The notes under the pieces are model-generated. The model worked only from the letters and a program-made list of their open reading frames with translations, was not told the origin of the DNA and did not search any database. A stretch of DNA of 63,992 nucleotides, filler included, from Lama guanicoe (lineage: Eukaryota), in assembly GCA_013239625.1 (NCBI GenBank). It is 96 parts of 96 records of this genome, joined end to end, with 100 filler letters (N's around TTAATTAATTAA, not from the genome) between each part and the next. Parts side by side here need not be neighbours in the genome. Positions count along the whole stretch, not along the records: positions 62,886 to 63,425 come from PNXV01028512.1; positions 63,526 to 63,992 come from PNXV01028518.1; 94 more parts are not named here. One strand, given 5' to 3'. A program made the translations under genes and the position numbers. Below, piece by piece: positions 62,886 through 63,992 of this stretch (its first letter is position 1; each line of letters opens with the position of its first letter).

Positions 62886-63425
62886 ACTAGTTCAGACATA
62901 AAAAGCTGAAAGGATGAACCCCAGATCTGAGCTACGAGACATAATGAAGGAAGTCCTTCAGGGAGAGCGAAAATGACGCCGGATGGAAGCCTGGGTCTCC
63001 ACAGGGGAATGAAGAGCACTGGAAAAGGTAACCACATGAGCAAATGCAGAGACATTCTTTTTATTTACTTTATTTACAGAGATAACCTAGTGTGTAAAAA
63101 AATTAATTAAAAAATACTATCAAGTTTACAACAGACACAGAAATATATAATAGCACAAAGGCGGGAAGGGAAGAAATAGAAATGCACTAGTGTATGATTC
63201 ACTTACTGTATGTGAAACAATGTAGTATCATCCGAAGCTAGACTATGATAAGTTACATGTGCATGATTTACATCCTAAAGCAATCACTAAAATAATTGAA
63301 GTCAGAGCTCAAAGAAAACAAAGGAGAAAAAACAAAGTCATAATGAACAATTAATTCAAAGGAAGAAAAAGAGAAGGAAGAGAACAATGAACACTTAGAA
63401 CTAACAGAAAACAAATAGCAAGATA
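62886..63425 (+). mobile_element. Old L1 (L1M) end of ORF1 / inter-ORF remnant
   Basis: ggaagtccttcagggagag...ggaatgaagagcactggaaaaggtaa...tagactatgataagtta...cctaaagcaatcactaaaa...cagaaaacaaatagcaagat. Confidence 0.75.
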
Positions 63426-63992
63426 NNNNNNNNNNNNNNNNNNNNNNNNNNNNNNNNNNNNNNNNNNNNTTAATTAATTAANNNNNNNNNNNNNNNNNNN
63501 NNNNNNNNNNNNNNNNNNNNNNNNNCTTGTGCTGGTCATTTTAACGTGGACACTGAGGGTCCTCCCTTCTCCCTCCAGTAAATGGTAGTGTCTGTGCTAA
63601 CCCTATTTCTGCAGGCATTGAGATCACGAGGAATTGGCTTGCCAACTATGCGAAACTATTCTTTAAGAAAAACTTTCTTCCTCCTCGATCGCACTGCCTG
63701 GCGTAGTTCGTACACGGTATAGGCATGTTTAGTGAACTGTGAAATCTGTGAAGATGGAATTATTACGGTGTCACTTATATTCCAGACTGGCATATATTAA
63801 ATCGCTGGTGATCTGTCAGTTGTAAAACCAAATTCAAATTCTTGGGCGCCAATCGTGAAGCTTTTTTCTTTCAAAAGATGTATTTCTGACAACTCATTCT
63901 TGTAGGACGCTGGGACCATAGGAAGTAGCACTTCCTCTTCTATGGCTGAAGCTAGTACAAATGGCAGGGCATTAATACAGCTTGGACCTCAG

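Noticed and set aside
690..63481. Regularly recurring TTAATTAATTAA as a CRISPR-like or biological repeat array
   Set aside because: It is always embedded in exactly 44+44 N and separates unrelated mammalian sequences. It is a synthetic linker.
1..63992. A novel multi-gene system or gene cluster
   Set aside because: Contigs are under 1 kb and artificially joined, so no synteny or operon-like inference is valid. I saw no prokaryotic or exogenous viral coding sequence.

Overview
This window is not contiguous biology. It is about 95 short (roughly 0.2-1 kb) unrelated mammalian genomic contigs joined by an artificial 100-bp linker (N44-TTAATTAATTAA-N44, stop codons in all six frames). Three copies of a tRNA-derived SINE of the camelid vic-1 type point to a camelid (alpaca/llama/camel); this is inference. 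Most of the content is intronic or intergenic DNA and old repeats (L1, L2, MIR, MER2, MER20, MER58, Tigger1 derivative, MLT1 and MER34-like LTRs). Notable items: a 147-bp COL9A1-like collagen exon with intact splice sites but two in-frame TGA stops; a 3'-truncated U6 snRNA retrocopy; three tandem-repeat families with 248, 252 (36x7) and 267 bp periods plus a 16-bp minisatellite; three pairs of near-identical contigs with the same end points (probable haplotype bubbles, one about 3% divergent); a CpG-island first exon; and a few unidentified exon candidates. No multi-gene system can be supported, because neighbouring contigs are not truly adjacent. Almost all ORFs in the supplied track are spurious. 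Repeat family names are from recognition of consensus sequences, not from a database search.
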